Shown here: positions 8,752 through 18,630 of the stretch, piece after piece
Layout of the letters: every line of letters begins with the position of its first letter
Numbering within the stretch: position 1 is the first letter of the stretch
Origin: Candidatus Latescibacterota bacterium
GTDB lineage: Bacteria > Latescibacterota > UBA2968 > GCA-2709665
NCBI GenBank assembly: GCA_965248435.1
Contig: OZ252100.1
Location: forward strand, 544,001-608,000
Length of the DNA stretch: 64,000 nucleotides
Direction: 5' to 3'
The notes under the pieces: model-generated
The model's database searches: none
The model's input: the letters and a program-made list of their open reading frames with translations, nothing else
What the model was told of the DNA's origin: nothing
Program-made: the position numbers and the translations under genes

Positions 8752-10077
8752 TTAATCCGCAATTCGCATCGGTAGGCGAAGCAAAACCGATGTTCCGTTC
8801 ACTTTTCCATCACCGACCTCGACCTCTCCCCCGTGAGCGAGTGCAACGTGCCTGCAGATGGCGAGCCCAAGCCCCAGGCCGGAGGGTCGGCCTTCGTCCT
8901 TCCTCACCTGGTAAAACTTGCCCAATACACGCTCGCGCTCCGATTCCGGAATCCCTGGTCCCGTGTCTGTCACACAAATCCAGACTCGTTCCGAGTCCCC
9001 ATCCCCGCGAACAACGACCTCTCCCCCCCGGGGCGTAAACTTGATGGCATTGTCCACCAGATTTCCCAGGACCTGAGTGAGGCGACGTTCGTCACCCACG
9101 AAACTGATATCCTGCTCTGGTGACAGCGTAAGAAACCGAAGGCCTTTCTCGAGGGCCCGATCCCGGAAGGCCAGGTCTGCTCCGGCGATCAAGAACTGGA
9201 GGGAAACACGATCCTTCGGCCTCACAGACATCGGATCCTGCTCCAGTCTTGCAAGGAGAAGCATATCGTCCACCATGGCGCTCAGGTGAGAAGCGGCCGT
9301 CCGGGCCAGGCAAAGCCCTTTTGCTTCCTCCTCGCAAGAGTGATCCAGAAAACGCTCGACCGTCATCAAGGGTTTTTTGAGTTCATGCCGAATCATAGAG
9401 AAGAATTCCTCTCTCATTCGTTCGGTCTTCGCCTCCATCTCGCGCCGGTGCGTGATGTCCTGCAGGGTGATCACGGCCCCCCCGTCGCTTCCGGCGACGT
9501 GAAACGGACCTGAGACGACCTCGAGGGGCCGTTCCAGTTCCACCTCGGTGCAAACGTCGTGTTCCAGGATCTCATCAAGACACAGCCCCAGCTTCTTGCA
9601 GATACCCGCTTCCCTATCCTCCGTGCCTATCCCCAGCATGTCGCTCGCCAGGGCGTTGACCTTCAGCAGCTGGCCGTACCGATCCAGGAGAAGGACACCG
9701 ACAGGAACCAACTCCAGGATGGCGGAAACCTCCTGCCGGGTCACTGCCAGCCTTTCCCGGATTCGAGCCAGCGTTTCGAGCTCGAGCACCTGCTGTCTGA
9801 TGGCCCCCTCTTCACCCCTGTGGGCCGCTGCCAGGGAAGCAACCTCGTGGTAGATCCCATCCTCCGGCTTGAACAGAAACCTCCCGTCTCGGGCCGAGAG
9901 GACCCCACAGCGGCAAAGGTCATTCAGGGCTTCGTTCAGCGGTTCCAGGTCCGAATCGAAACGGGAAACAAGCTGCGGGGCCTCCGCTTCCAGGAAGGGA
10001 TTCTCATAAAAAGCGGAGATCATCCGATCCTTCAGACCGGCCCGGTCTGGATCCAGACGCTTTAGCAATGGATTCAT
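8752..10077 (-). CDS. cytoplasmic PAS sensor histidine kinase
   Basis: IRHELKKPL H-box, QVLGNLVDNAIKF N-box, DTGPGI, GLGLGLAI; PAS-like segment (VPVGVLLLD...N); no TM helix. Start placed at MNPLLK. Confidence 0.88.
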   Translation of the reverse strand: MNPLLKRLDPDRAGLKDRMISAFYENPFLEAEAPQLVSRFDSDLEPLNEALNDLCRCGVLSARDGRFLFKPEDGIYHEVASLAAAHRGEEGAIRQQVLELETLARIRERLAVTRQEVSAILELVPVGVLLLDRYGQLLKVNALASDMLGIGTEDREAGICKKLGLCLDEILEHDVCTEVELERPLEVVSGPFHVAGSDGGAVITLQDITHRREMEAKTERMREEFFSMIRHELKKPLMTVERFLDHSCEEEAKGLCLARTAASHLSAMVDDMLLLARLEQDPMSVRPKDRVSLQFLIAGADLAFRDRALEKGLRFLTLSPEQDISFVGDERRLTQVLGNLVDNAIKFTPRGGEVVVRGDGDSERVWICVTDTGPGIPESERERVLGKFYQVRKDEGRPSGLGLGLAICRHVALAHGGEVEVGDGKVNGTSVLLRLPMRIAD

Positions 10078-10408
10078 GGAGGTGAGCAAATAGGAAAAAA
10101 GGAGGGCCGGAAGGCGACTCCAGGGGGAGATGGAGGGGCTGCCAGAGGCAGCGCGTGGAGCGTGCAGGGTGAAAAACGATGAGGCATCAACTCCAGAAAC
10201 TATAGAGGAATGAGTGAATATACGGCCGCCAAGACGGCGAAGACAAGGGCGAAAAACCATTCGGAACATCAGACCCGCCCGGCCCGAATTTGGGAAGGCC
10301 GGGTCCTGCGAGGTGCGAACTTCCGGGGTGGATTCTTCGCGGATTTCTTAACCGGTTGACCCTCAGTTCCTTAACCGAACCCACACCGAAAAGCGGCCAA
10401 ATTTTCCC

Positions 10409-10436
10409 TTGACAGCCCCACATTTTGTATTATAAT
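10409..10436 (+). promoter_or_regulatory. sigma70 promoter of nrdR-nrdJ
   Basis: TTGACA-N16-TATAAT, both hexamers perfect. Confidence 0.85.
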
Positions 10437-10462
10437 TGTGTTTGCCCCACAATATAAGGGTC
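10415..10462. promoter_or_regulatory. tandem NrdR boxes
   Basis: GCCCCACATTTTGTAT (10415-10430) and CCACAATATAAGGGTC (10447-10462) resemble acaCwAtATaTwGtgt. They are 32 bp apart and overlap the promoter. Confidence 0.75.
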
Positions 10463-10521
10463 CTTACCACCCTTTATCTGTCGAATTTTCTTAAGGTGGG
10501 AGGTCGCTCTGGAGAATTTTT

Positions 10522-10980
10522 ATGAGGTGTCCCTATTGCGAAGGGCTGGATGACAAGGTCGTAGATTCCAGGTCCAGCAAGGAAGGGATGGCGATCAGGA
10601 GACGCAGAGAATGCCTGAATTGTGGGCGGCGCTACACGACTTATGAATACATCGAACACACGCCTCTCACAGTCATTAAATCCGACGGCAGGCGAGAACC
10701 CTTCGACAGGAACAAGCTCTTTGTAAAAATCCAGCTCGCCTGTAACAAGCGACCGATATCCACCTCTCAGATCGAGGAGGTCGTGGATCGCATCGAAGGG
10801 CAACTGACTGGCCTGGGGGAACGTGAGCTCGAGGCAAATGCCCACATCGGTGAGCGAGTGATGACCGAGCTGAAGAACCTGGATGAGGTGGCCTACGTGA
10901 GGTTTGCCTCGGTCTATCGTCAATTCAAGGATCTTAGAGACTTCGAAAAGGAACTCCGTCAGCTCGGTTCGCTAACATAG
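10522..10980 (+). CDS. nrdR: transcriptional repressor NrdR
   Basis: MRCPYC...VVDSR...[21 protein letters not shown]-cone, [12 protein letters not shown]. Confidence 0.98.
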   Translation: MRCPYCEGLDDKVVDSRSSKEGMAIRRRRECLNCGRRYTTYEYIEHTPLTVIKSDGRREPFDRNKLFVKIQLACNKRPISTSQIEEVVDRIEGQLTGLGERELEANAHIGERVMTELKNLDEVAYVRFASVYRQFKDLRDFEKELRQLGSLT

Positions 10981-11166
10981 CTATCCAGACTCGCGAGCGC
11001 TGGCTGACGGCCCTTCGCATCCCCCTCCCTAGTCCCCTTCTCTCTAGCTGCACCTTTTTCGTCTCGCCAGCACCCTTCGCCCCCTGAAGGTGGTGTCTTC
11101 TCTATCCGTAGAACCTAGTGGTCGATTGCCCTCAAAACCCTGCCTAACTCTGGAGGTCAAGCGGTT

Positions 11167-14100
11167 ATGAAGTTTGCTCGCAGATACACCAGGCCCGACC
11201 AGAACCCCCTCGATCAAGTCGCCGTGGAAACACGAACGACGGTCATAACGAATCCCGATGGCTCGGAAGTCTTCCGAATGGAAAACCTCGAGGCACCTAA
11301 CTCGTGGTCCCAACTGGCATCGGATATCATGGCATCCAAGTATTTCAGGAAGAGAGGGGTGCCGAAGACGGGCCACGAGACCTCCGTTACACAAGTAGTC
11401 AATCGCCTGGCACGCACGATTCGAAAAACGGGAGACGAGCAGGGCGGGTATTTCGACAGTCAGGATGATGCGGACACATTTGAGGCTGAATTGGCTTATC
11501 ACCTTGTGCATCAAATGGGCGCCTTCAACTCTCCGACCTGGTTCAACTGCGGTCTTTACCACGAATACGGAATCAGGGGAAACGAAGGAAACTGGCATTG
11601 GGATCGGAAAAGAGACCGAGTCATCGAAGGCAAGGACTCCTACGCTCATCCCCAGTGTTCGGCGTGTTACATCCAGTCCGTCGATGACGACCTCATGCAG
11701 ATATTCGACCTCCTAAAAAGCGAAGCAAGACTCTTTAAATATGGCTCAGGGACGGGCACCAACTTTTCCAAAATTCGCGGGAAGATGGAGAAACTTACCG
11801 GAGGCGGTACCTCCTCCGGTCTCATGTCCTTTTTGGAAGTGTTCGACAAAGGCGCGGGGGCGACAAAGTCAGGTGGCATCACGCGCCGCGCCGCCAAGAT
11901 GGTCTGTCTAGACCTGGACCATCCCGAGATCATCGAATTTATCAACTGGAAGGCTGGAGAGGAGAGCAAAGCGGCTGCGCTGATACGAGGCGGGTACAGC
12001 TCCGACTTCAACGGCGAGGCCTACAAGACCGTGTCAGGCCAAAACTCTAACAATTCTATCCGCATCCCCGACGAATTCATGAAGGCCTACTTCGACGATG
12101 GCGAGTGGTCGACGCGGTTGCGCACAACGGGCGAAATCCACAAAACCTACAAGGCGCGAGACCTGATGCACCAAATCAGTCAGGCGGCTTGGGCGTGCGC
12201 GGATCCGGGTATTCAGCTCGACACAACGATCAACAAGTGGCACACCTGCCCAAACACAGATCGCATCAACAGTTCCAATCCCTGTTCCGAATATATGTTT
12301 CTCGACAACAGTGCCTGTAACCTGGCATCTATCAATCTCACAAAATTCCTTGGAGAAGACGGAAGTTTCGACGTCCAAGGGTTCCGGCACGCCTGCCGGA
12401 TCTTTTTCGTGGCCCAGGAAATCCTGATCAGCTTCTCCTCCTATCCAACCAAAAAGATCGCTCAGAACAGCCACGACTACCGGCCGCTGGGGCTTGGGTA
12501 CGCCAACCTGGGAACGCTCTTGATGATCCTGGGACTACCCTACGACAGCTCTGAGGGAAGGGCCATCTGCGCTGCCATTACCGCCATTATGTGTGGGCGT
12601 GCCTACGCAACCTCGGCGGAGATGGCCGCGGACAAAGGGCCGTTCCCGGGGTATGCGAGAAACATAGATCCCATGTTGAGCGTGATGAACATGCATCGAG
12701 ACGCTGCATACGAACTCGATGAAACAGCTTGTCCGCAGGATCTCTTGAAGGCTGCGCACGAGGACTGGGATCTGGCACTGAAGCTGGGCAGAGCCCACGG
12801 TTACAGGAATGCTCAGGCAACCGTCATCGCCCCGACCGGCACAATCGGGCTGCTCATGGATTGTGATACGACTGGAATCGAACCCGACTTTGCACTGATC
12901 AAGTTCAAGAAACTGGCCGGCGGCGGCTACTTCAAGATCGTCAACACGAGCGTCCCGAGGGCGCTCGAACAACTCGGGTACACAGATGTGCAGATTCGGG
13001 AAATCATTTCATACATCTGCGGGTCGCTTTCACTTGAGAACGCTCCACACATAAACATCGACACCCTCAAGGGAAAGGGTCTGACAGAAGAGGACCTTGA
13101 GAAGGTCCAGAAAACGCTTCCCACGATTTTCGATCTCTCCTTTGCGTTTTCAACCTTCAACCTGGGCGGCGAAACGATTCGGCGCCTTGGGTTCAGCCCC
13201 GAAGAGACTCACAAGGTGGGGTTCAGCGTCTTAAGCGAGCTCGGATTTAGCGACACGGAAATTCGGGAAGCCAACGATGTTATCTGTGGCAGAATGACGA
13301 TCGAGGGTGCGCCACACGTGAAAGAGGAGCATCTCCCGATTTTCGATTGCGCCAACAAGTGTGGTAGGTACGGCAAGCGGTTTATCGCGCCCATGGCCCA
13401 CGTCACGATGATGGCGGCAGCCCAGAAATTTATCTGCGGAGCGATTTCGAAAACCATCAATGTCCCCCAAGAAACCACCGCCCAGGAAATCGAAGACCTA
13501 TACATAGAAGGTTGGCGGTTGGGCCTTAAAGCGGCGGCCATCTATAGGGACGGTTCCAAGGGTTCCCAACCACTAAACACTTCTACCGAAGACAAAGAGG
13601 CTAAGCCCGAAGGGAAGGCGACCAGGGCTGAGGAAATCGAAGCGCCTGCTGAAGAAACGCACCGTGCCATTCGGCGTCGTCTCCCACTCAAGCGACAGGG
13701 CTTCACACAAGAGGCGAAGGTGGCGGGCCACAAGGTCTTCCTCCGTACCGGCGAGTACAAAGACGGAGCCTTGGGAGAGATCTTCATCGACATGCACAAA
13801 GAGGGTGCGCCCTTCCGGAGCATGCTGAACTGCTTTGCCATGGCCATCTCTAAAGGATTGCAGTACGGCGTTCCCCTTAACGAGTTTGTCGACTTCTTCA
13901 CCTTCACACGATTCGAACCCTGGGGAACCGTAGACCACCCCAATATCAAGTTTTCCACGTCCATAATCGACTACGTCTTTCGGGTTCTTGGATACGAATA
14001 CCTGGGGCGAACGGACTTCCTCCAGGTCAAACCCGAAGACCTGGCACCGGACATCGACGCTACACACTCGGATGACGAGACCCGCGATGCGGAAACACCG

Positions 14101-14424
14101 GCTTCAGCTGATTCACGCGCAGCGTCGAACGGCTCCGCACCCGCCCAGGAAGCTGGGCCCGCCATCACACTTCCCCCGTCCGAGACCCGTGCACCCGAGA
14201 CCCAGGGCAACGGTAGTCTGCCACCAACGAACGGCTCCAATACACACAAAGCGAAAGCGCCACAACATCAGGGCCAGGTACAGACTCGGACGTCGACGCT
14301 GGACGAGCAGCTTTCTCACATGATGGGAGACGCCCCGTTCTGCGATACGTGCGGTCACATTACCGTGCGCAACGGCTCCTGCTATCGATGTCTGAACTGC
14401 GGAAGTTCAGTCGGCTGCTCGTAA
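11167..14424 (+). CDS. nrdJ: vitamin B12-dependent class II ribonucleotide reductase with TSCPD domain and C-terminal Zn ribbon
   Basis: FNSPTWFN, PQCSACYI, SNPCSEY, ACNLASINL, VIAPTGTI, GAISKTIN, GEIFIDMHKEG, CDTCG...CLNCGSSVGCS. Confidence 0.96.
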   Translation: MKFARRYTRPDQNPLDQVAVETRTTVITNPDGSEVFRMENLEAPNSWSQLASDIMASKYFRKRGVPKTGHETSVTQVVNRLARTIRKTGDEQGGYFDSQDDADTFEAELAYHLVHQMGAFNSPTWFNCGLYHEYGIRGNEGNWHWDRKRDRVIEGKDSYAHPQCSACYIQSVDDDLMQIFDLLKSEARLFKYGSGTGTNFSKIRGKMEKLTGGGTSSGLMSFLEVFDKGAGATKSGGITRRAAKMVCLDLDHPEIIEFINWKAGEESKAAALIRGGYSSDFNGEAYKTVSGQNSNNSIRIPDEFMKAYFDDGEWSTRLRTTGEIHKTYKARDLMHQISQAAWACADPGIQLDTTINKWHTCPNTDRINSSNPCSEYMFLDNSACNLASINLTKFLGEDGSFDVQGFRHACRIFFVAQEILISFSSYPTKKIAQNSHDYRPLGLGYANLGTLLMILGLPYDSSEGRAICAAITAIMCGRAYATSAEMAADKGPFPGYARNIDPMLSVMNMHRDAAYELDETACPQDLLKAAHEDWDLALKLGRAHGYRNAQATVIAPTGTIGLLMDCDTTGIEPDFALIKFKKLAGGGYFKIVNTSVPRALEQLGYTDVQIREIISYICGSLSLENAPHINIDTLKGKGLTEEDLEKVQKTLPTIFDLSFAFSTFNLGGETIRRLGFSPEETHKVGFSVLSELGFSDTEIREANDVICGRMTIEGAPHVKEEHLPIFDCANKCGRYGKRFIAPMAHVTMMAAAQKFICGAISKTINVPQETTAQEIEDLYIEGWRLGLKAAAIYRDGSKGSQPLNTSTEDKEAKPEGKATRAEEIEAPAEETHRAIRRRLPLKRQGFTQEAKVAGHKVFLRTGEYKDGALGEIFIDMHKEGAPFRSMLNCFAMAISKGLQYGVPLNEFVDFFTFTRFEPWGTVDHPNIKFSTSIIDYVFRVLGYEYLGRTDFLQVKPEDLAPDIDATHSDDETRDAETPASADSRAASNGSAPAQEAGPAITLPPSETRAPETQGNGSLPPTNGSNTHKAKAPQHQGQVQTRTSTLDEQLSHMMGDAPFCDTCGHITVRNGSCYRCLNCGSSVGCS

Positions 14425-14458
14425 ACACGAGTCCGAATCAAACCCACCCCGCCAAATC

Positions 14459-14490
14459 AAAGCGGCCGGACATTCAGTCCGGCCGCTTTT
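14459..14490 (+). terminator. intrinsic terminator
   Basis: AAAGCGGCCGGAC-ATTCA-GTCCGGCCGCTTTT after nrdJ. Confidence 0.85.
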
Positions 14491-14520
14491 CTGTACCCGA
14501 TGACCCTGCCCGATCCTTAG

Positions 14521-15144
14521 CTACTCCTCCTCCGACAGCGATCTTGGAAGAAATGAGGTTCGGCCCTGGTGGCACGTCATGCACTTGACCTCCGTTCCGT
14601 CGTGCCCGACAAGCCCTGAAGCGAAGTGATCCATCATGTACTTCGCGATGAGCTTGTGCTCCGTCGGCTCGGCAGGATCCATCCGGCCATCCTCACCCTT
14701 CACGTGGCAGTAGTTACACTTCACGCCCAGAGACTTCGCAACCCCTTTCATGATCACAATGATCTCTTTTCGGGGCATGTGCTCGGACAGGTTCGAGCGC
14801 TTTGCGTCCGTCAGGTCCCTGGGCAGAAAGTGAGCCTTTCCCTGATGGCACGTCACGCAGGTCAGTGAATCCCCTGCGACCGTCTTCAGGCTGTCAACGA
14901 AGTGAATCTTCATGTATTTCGCCGTCTCCTTGAAAGGGGAAGGCTGTTCGAAATCCGGCTTTCCGTCTGGTTTCTCGGCTATGTGGCAGTGCGTGCATTC
15001 CACGCCCAGGGACTTGGCAATCCGCTTCATGTTTTCTTCGCTGGTGTCCAGCACGTGCGGCCCATCCTCGTGCCCGGCGACCTCCACGTTCCAACCGCAC
15101 AACAAGAACAATATTGCGCAGAAACTCAAACCAGTGCCTTTCAT
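14521..15144 (-). CDS. periplasmic tetraheme cytochrome c, related to the photosynthetic reaction-centre cytochrome (PufC) family
   Basis: Signal peptide and four CxxCH motifs (CTHCH, CVTCH, CNYCH, CMTCH) in two repeats of M-x6-LGVxCxxCH...AKYM...CxTCHQG; AAGGAGG RBS. Confidence 0.85.
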   Translation of the reverse strand: MKGTGLSFCAILFLLCGWNVEVAGHEDGPHVLDTSEENMKRIAKSLGVECTHCHIAEKPDGKPDFEQPSPFKETAKYMKIHFVDSLKTVAGDSLTCVTCHQGKAHFLPRDLTDAKRSNLSEHMPRKEIIVIMKGVAKSLGVKCNYCHVKGEDGRMDPAEPTEHKLIAKYMMDHFASGLVGHDGTEVKCMTCHQGRTSFLPRSLSEEE

Positions 15145-15257
15145 ATGCCCTCCTTTGACTCCGAACGTCAAACGATTCTTGACTTTTTGGACTCTTTTCT
15201 CGATATTTCAACGCCTTAGCACGAATTTTCGATCCACTTAAGGGGACCTGACAGAAA

Positions 15258-16346
15258 ATGACCGAGCTTCAGATCCAGAAACTCCTGGGCAGAGAAGAGA
15301 TCGACATCGACCTCCAGGAGATCGCGGCCTACATCGATGACAGGGTCGTGCTCGTCACCGGGGCGGGCGGCTCCGTCGGTTCTGAGCTCTGCCGGCAGAT
15401 CGGCCGGTTCAACCCCAAGCGTCTCCTCCTCCTGGGACGGGGGGAGCAAAGCATCTACGAGATTAACCTGGAATGCAGAACCCGTTCACCCAAACTGACT
15501 GCCACGCCCGTGATCGCAGACATCCGAGACCCCGGGCGACTGCGTCAGGTCTTTGAGGAGCATCGACCCCAGGTCATCTTTCATACGGCTGCCCACAAGC
15601 ATCTTGACATGATCGAGTCTTTCCCCGAGGAAATAGTCAAGAACAACATCATCGGAACCCGAACGGTCTCCCACCTTGCCCACGAGTATGGCGCCGAACG
15701 TTTCGTTATGATCTCAAGCGACAAGGCCGTTCGCCCCGCCTGCGTCTATGGAGCCGGGAAGCGCATCTCCGAGTTCCAAATCGAGGGTCTCGCCCGAGGT
15801 TCCGACACAATTTTTGTCACCGTCAGATTCGGAAACGTTCTGGGTGCAAGAGGCACCGTCGTACCCCTCTTTCAAAAGCAAATTAGAGAAGGCGGCCCTG
15901 TTACTGTCCATCCCGAAGCCACCCGCTATTTCATGACCATTCCTGAGGCAGCCAGACTGGTTGTCCAGAGTGGTGCGATCGGAAAAGACGGGGAGATCTT
16001 CATCTTTGACATGGGTAAGCCCATGCGCATCCTGGAGCTGGCCATCGAGATGATCCGTCTGGCCGGGATGGAGCCGGGCGTTGACATCGCACTCAAGTTC
16101 GTGGACCTCCGGCCGGGAGACAAACTCCACGAGGAGCTTCTTACACAGACTGAAAGCGTCAAGTCGACCCGCCACCGGAAGATCTTCATCGCCGAACCTG
16201 ATAAGGTCGATCCAACATCTTTGGATGAGGCCATCGATGAACTGGGAACCCTTGCCGAGGCTTCCGATCGAATCGGCATTGTCGGAAAGCTGAAAGAAAT
16301 CATACCCGACCTCACGCCCTCGTCCCTCTGGAACGGCCGCGGCTGA
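15258..16346 (+). CDS. CapD-like nucleoside-diphosphate sugar 4,6-dehydratase (polysaccharide biosynthesis protein), soluble form
   Basis: VLVTGAGGSVGSELCRQI, FHTAAHKH, ISSDKAV, VRFGNVLG, TRYFMTIPEA, LRPGDKLHEEL. Confidence 0.9.
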   Translation: MTELQIQKLLGREEIDIDLQEIAAYIDDRVVLVTGAGGSVGSELCRQIGRFNPKRLLLLGRGEQSIYEINLECRTRSPKLTATPVIADIRDPGRLRQVFEEHRPQVIFHTAAHKHLDMIESFPEEIVKNNIIGTRTVSHLAHEYGAERFVMISSDKAVRPACVYGAGKRISEFQIEGLARGSDTIFVTVRFGNVLGARGTVVPLFQKQIREGGPVTVHPEATRYFMTIPEAARLVVQSGAIGKDGEIFIFDMGKPMRILELAIEMIRLAGMEPGVDIALKFVDLRPGDKLHEELLTQTESVKSTRHRKIFIAEPDKVDPTSLDEAIDELGTLAEASDRIGIVGKLKEIIPDLTPSSLWNGRG

Positions 16347-16370
16347 TCCCGCCTCCCCCACCCTCCCAGA

Positions 16371-17723
16371 CTATCCAATCGCAATCGCCCGTCCATCAAT
16401 CCCTTCGGGCACTGCAACATCCATCGCGCTAAGCACCGTGGGCATCACATCGATCACGCTCAACGGACCTTCATCAATGCCCTTCCGGTTCACGTAGAAC
16501 ATCGCGTCGTCGAGCGTGTGCGTGCCCGTCACAGGGCTCGGCTCGAATAAGACGCGTTTTTCAAAGCCGCCTTTGAGATCGTAGCCCCGTGAAGGTACAG
16601 CAAGGAAGTCAGGCGCGGTGTCCAACACGGGACGGTCGCACAGTTCTTCCCGCATCAAGACCTTTTGAATCACCTTCCTGCCACTCTCGGGGTCTTTTAA
16701 CTCCAGGAGTCCCGCTGAGATCTCCCTGCGCACCGAGTCATATTCCTCTCCAGGCGCCACGCATCCGTACCGCTCCCGTCCACGCACAGAGACGTAGAAC
16801 CGACCCGGAAGAAGCGAATAGCACCGTGTAGAGGGAAGCATATCGCGGAGCTGCTGCGGGGTGTCGGTATCGAAACTGAGATATCCGCCCTGTCTGAGCC
16901 AGTAGTTGAGATGGACCTCCTGGTTCAACCGGCAAAACCCGTGATCTGACAGGATGATCAACAAGACATCTTCGTCCAGACGGCGGACCAGTTCTCCGAT
17001 GGCCTCGTCGACGCGCGCATAAAACTTGAAGAACCAGGGCGCAAGCTCCTCGTTTTCATCTTCCATTTCTCCCCACAGAAAATGGTTCATCCGATCCGTA
17101 TCCATCACGTGCGTCACGAAAAAATCCCACGGTTCTCTCGCAAGAAATTTGAACATCGCTTCGCATCGACGCTCAAAGGCAACAAACAGGTCGTCCAAAA
17201 ATTTCCGCTTATCCTCGCGTGCCTGCCAGGCGTCGATGTCGATGACATACCCCATGGCCTCAAGTTCCTTTTCTACTTCCAGTGGATAGGTCGCGTTTCT
17301 CAGACTGGGCGCCATGAACCCAGAAATGAGCACTCCGTTCACGGCCCTCGGGGGGTAGGTCATCGGCACGCCCATCGAGAAAACCCGCTTGCCCATACCG
17401 CTCAGGATGTCGATCCACGTTTTCACCTTCAGGTTTCGAGAGCTGGGGATAAACATCTCATGCGTGCGGGGATGGCGATCTATGAATCCAAAGATGTCGT
17501 GCTTCCCGGGCAAACAGCCCGTCACGATCGAAGCCCAGGCAACGGACGAAACGGTGGGCAGGACAGACTGCATCGGTAGGATCGATCCCTGGTCCAGGAG
17601 CCGGCCCAGGTTTGGCAATTCGCCGGCATCCACCAGGCGCCGAATCAGGCTGTAGGGCGCGCCATCTAGCCCGATAATCACGGCCCTGGGCTGCTGTCCT
17701 TGTGAAGGACCGAATATCCTCAC
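16371..17723 (-). CDS. alkaline-phosphatase-superfamily nucleotide pyrophosphatase/phosphodiesterase
   Basis: IIGLDGA, PTVSSVAWASIVTG..PGKHDIFGF, DRMNHFLW, ILSDHGF, TGTH; start placed at GTG 17723. Confidence 0.88.
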   Translation of the reverse strand: MRIFGPSQGQQPRAVIIGLDGAPYSLIRRLVDAGELPNLGRLLDQGSILPMQSVLPTVSSVAWASIVTGCLPGKHDIFGFIDRHPRTHEMFIPSSRNLKVKTWIDILSGMGKRVFSMGVPMTYPPRAVNGVLISGFMAPSLRNATYPLEVEKELEAMGYVIDIDAWQAREDKRKFLDDLFVAFERRCEAMFKFLAREPWDFFVTHVMDTDRMNHFLWGEMEDENEELAPWFFKFYARVDEAIGELVRRLDEDVLLIILSDHGFCRLNQEVHLNYWLRQGGYLSFDTDTPQQLRDMLPSTRCYSLLPGRFYVSVRGRERYGCVAPGEEYDSVRREISAGLLELKDPESGRKVIQKVLMREELCDRPVLDTAPDFLAVPSRGYDLKGGFEKRVLFEPSPVTGTHTLDDAMFYVNRKGIDEGPLSVIDVMPTVLSAMDVAVPEGIDGRAIAIG

Positions 17724-17747
17724 CGAAACCACCCCCGCAGACCCTAC

Positions 17748-17798
17748 AAAAAAGGCCCTTGGCCCTTCAGGCATTTCGCCGGAAGCCAAAGGCCTTGA
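17748..17798 (-). terminator. terminator downstream of the tRNA pair
   Basis: Minus strand AAGGCCTTTGGC...GCCAAGGGCC-TTTTTT. Confidence 0.65.
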
Positions 17799-17813
17799 TC
17801 AAATCAAGATGGA

Positions 17814-17891
17814 TGGGGTGAGTGAGGGGACTTGAACCCCCGACCTCCTGGGCCACAACCAGGTGCTCTAACCGCCTGAGCTACACTCACC
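17814..17891 (-). tRNA. tRNA-His(GTG)
   Basis: G(-1)GTGAGTG acceptor pairing CACTCAC-C-CCA; anticodon arm CCTGG-TTGTGGC-CCAGG; GGTTCAAGTCC T-arm. Confidence 0.97.
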
Positions 17892-17904
17892 ACACGGGTC
17901 GTCT

Positions 17905-17978
17905 TACTCCCGGCAGGACTCGAACCTGCGACCTACTGCTTAGAAGGCAGTTGCTCTATCCACCTGAGCTACGGGAGC
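17905..17978 (-). tRNA. tRNA-Arg(TCT), CCA not encoded
   Basis: GCTCCCG/CGGGAGT acceptor; ACTGC-CTTCTAA-GCAGT anticodon arm; GGTTCGAGTCC T-arm. Confidence 0.96.
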
Positions 17979-18232
17979 ACAAATAAGATCGATTCCCTAC
18001 GAAATCCCCTCCAAGAGAAATCCCTCGATCTCAATAATTTACAAAAATATAGAAGTTCTCGATTCCCGAGACAAGCACAAAACACTCGTAAGTCGGCCTG
18101 GCGTATGAGCTCACGTTAGGTGGGGGCTCATTTCGCAAATTATCGTATCTTGCCATCAGAAAAGTGGCTATTTTACAACATGTGAATTGGGAGCTGGAAT
18201 GGCGGAGTTCGGGAGAATCTAGGAAGATCCAG

Positions 18233-18607
18233 ATGGGTCAAGATTGCCTTACAGTCCTTCTGGTGGACGATGAGGAGATCATCCACCAGACGTTAGGAGA
18301 GTACCTGTCGGAGTGCGGCCACGCCGTTAACAGTATTTTCAACGGGTCCGCCGCTTTAGAAGCGATCAGGACCTTCCCATACGATCTGGCCCTGGTCGAC
18401 GTTCGTATGCCGGGACTGGACGGATTTACCCTCTTGAGAAGGAGCCTGGAGATTCAACCACACATGACCGTAGTCTTGATGACCGGACACGGAGATTCGA
18501 AGATGTCTGAAGAGGCTTTCAAGCTCGGCGCATTCGATTTCTTGCTCAAGCCTGTCAAACTGACAGACCTGGACCTCCTGTTGAAAAAGATAGGCCCGGC
18601 CGACTGA
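18233..18607 (+). CDS. single-domain response regulator
   Basis: VLLVDDE...DLALVDVRMPGLDG...LMTGHG...GAFDFLLKP. Confidence 0.9.
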   Translation: MGQDCLTVLLVDDEEIIHQTLGEYLSECGHAVNSIFNGSAALEAIRTFPYDLALVDVRMPGLDGFTLLRRSLEIQPHMTVVLMTGHGDSKMSEEAFKLGAFDFLLKPVKLTDLDLLLKKIGPAD

Positions 18608-18630
18608 TAGGCACAACTCAGTCCTTCTAT

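Noticed and set aside
10078-10269. N-terminal extension of the histidine kinase to 10269
   Set aside because: It is low-complexity, pyrimidine-rich sequence containing a likely promoter (TTGTCT-N18-TATATT), so it was treated as leader.
10981-11166. Cobalamin riboswitch before nrdJ
   Set aside because: No B12-box or GGGAA core is recognisable; only a pyrimidine-rich spacer.
11167-14424. Intein or intron in nrdJ
   Set aside because: Catalytic motifs (NPCSEY, CNLASINL, APTGTI) are contiguous. The Pro/Ala/Ser-rich segment near the C-terminus is a normal linker.
17814-17978. Genomic island integrated at tRNA-His or tRNA-Arg
   Set aside because: No duplicated tRNA 3' end or integrase was noticed, and a terminator follows directly.
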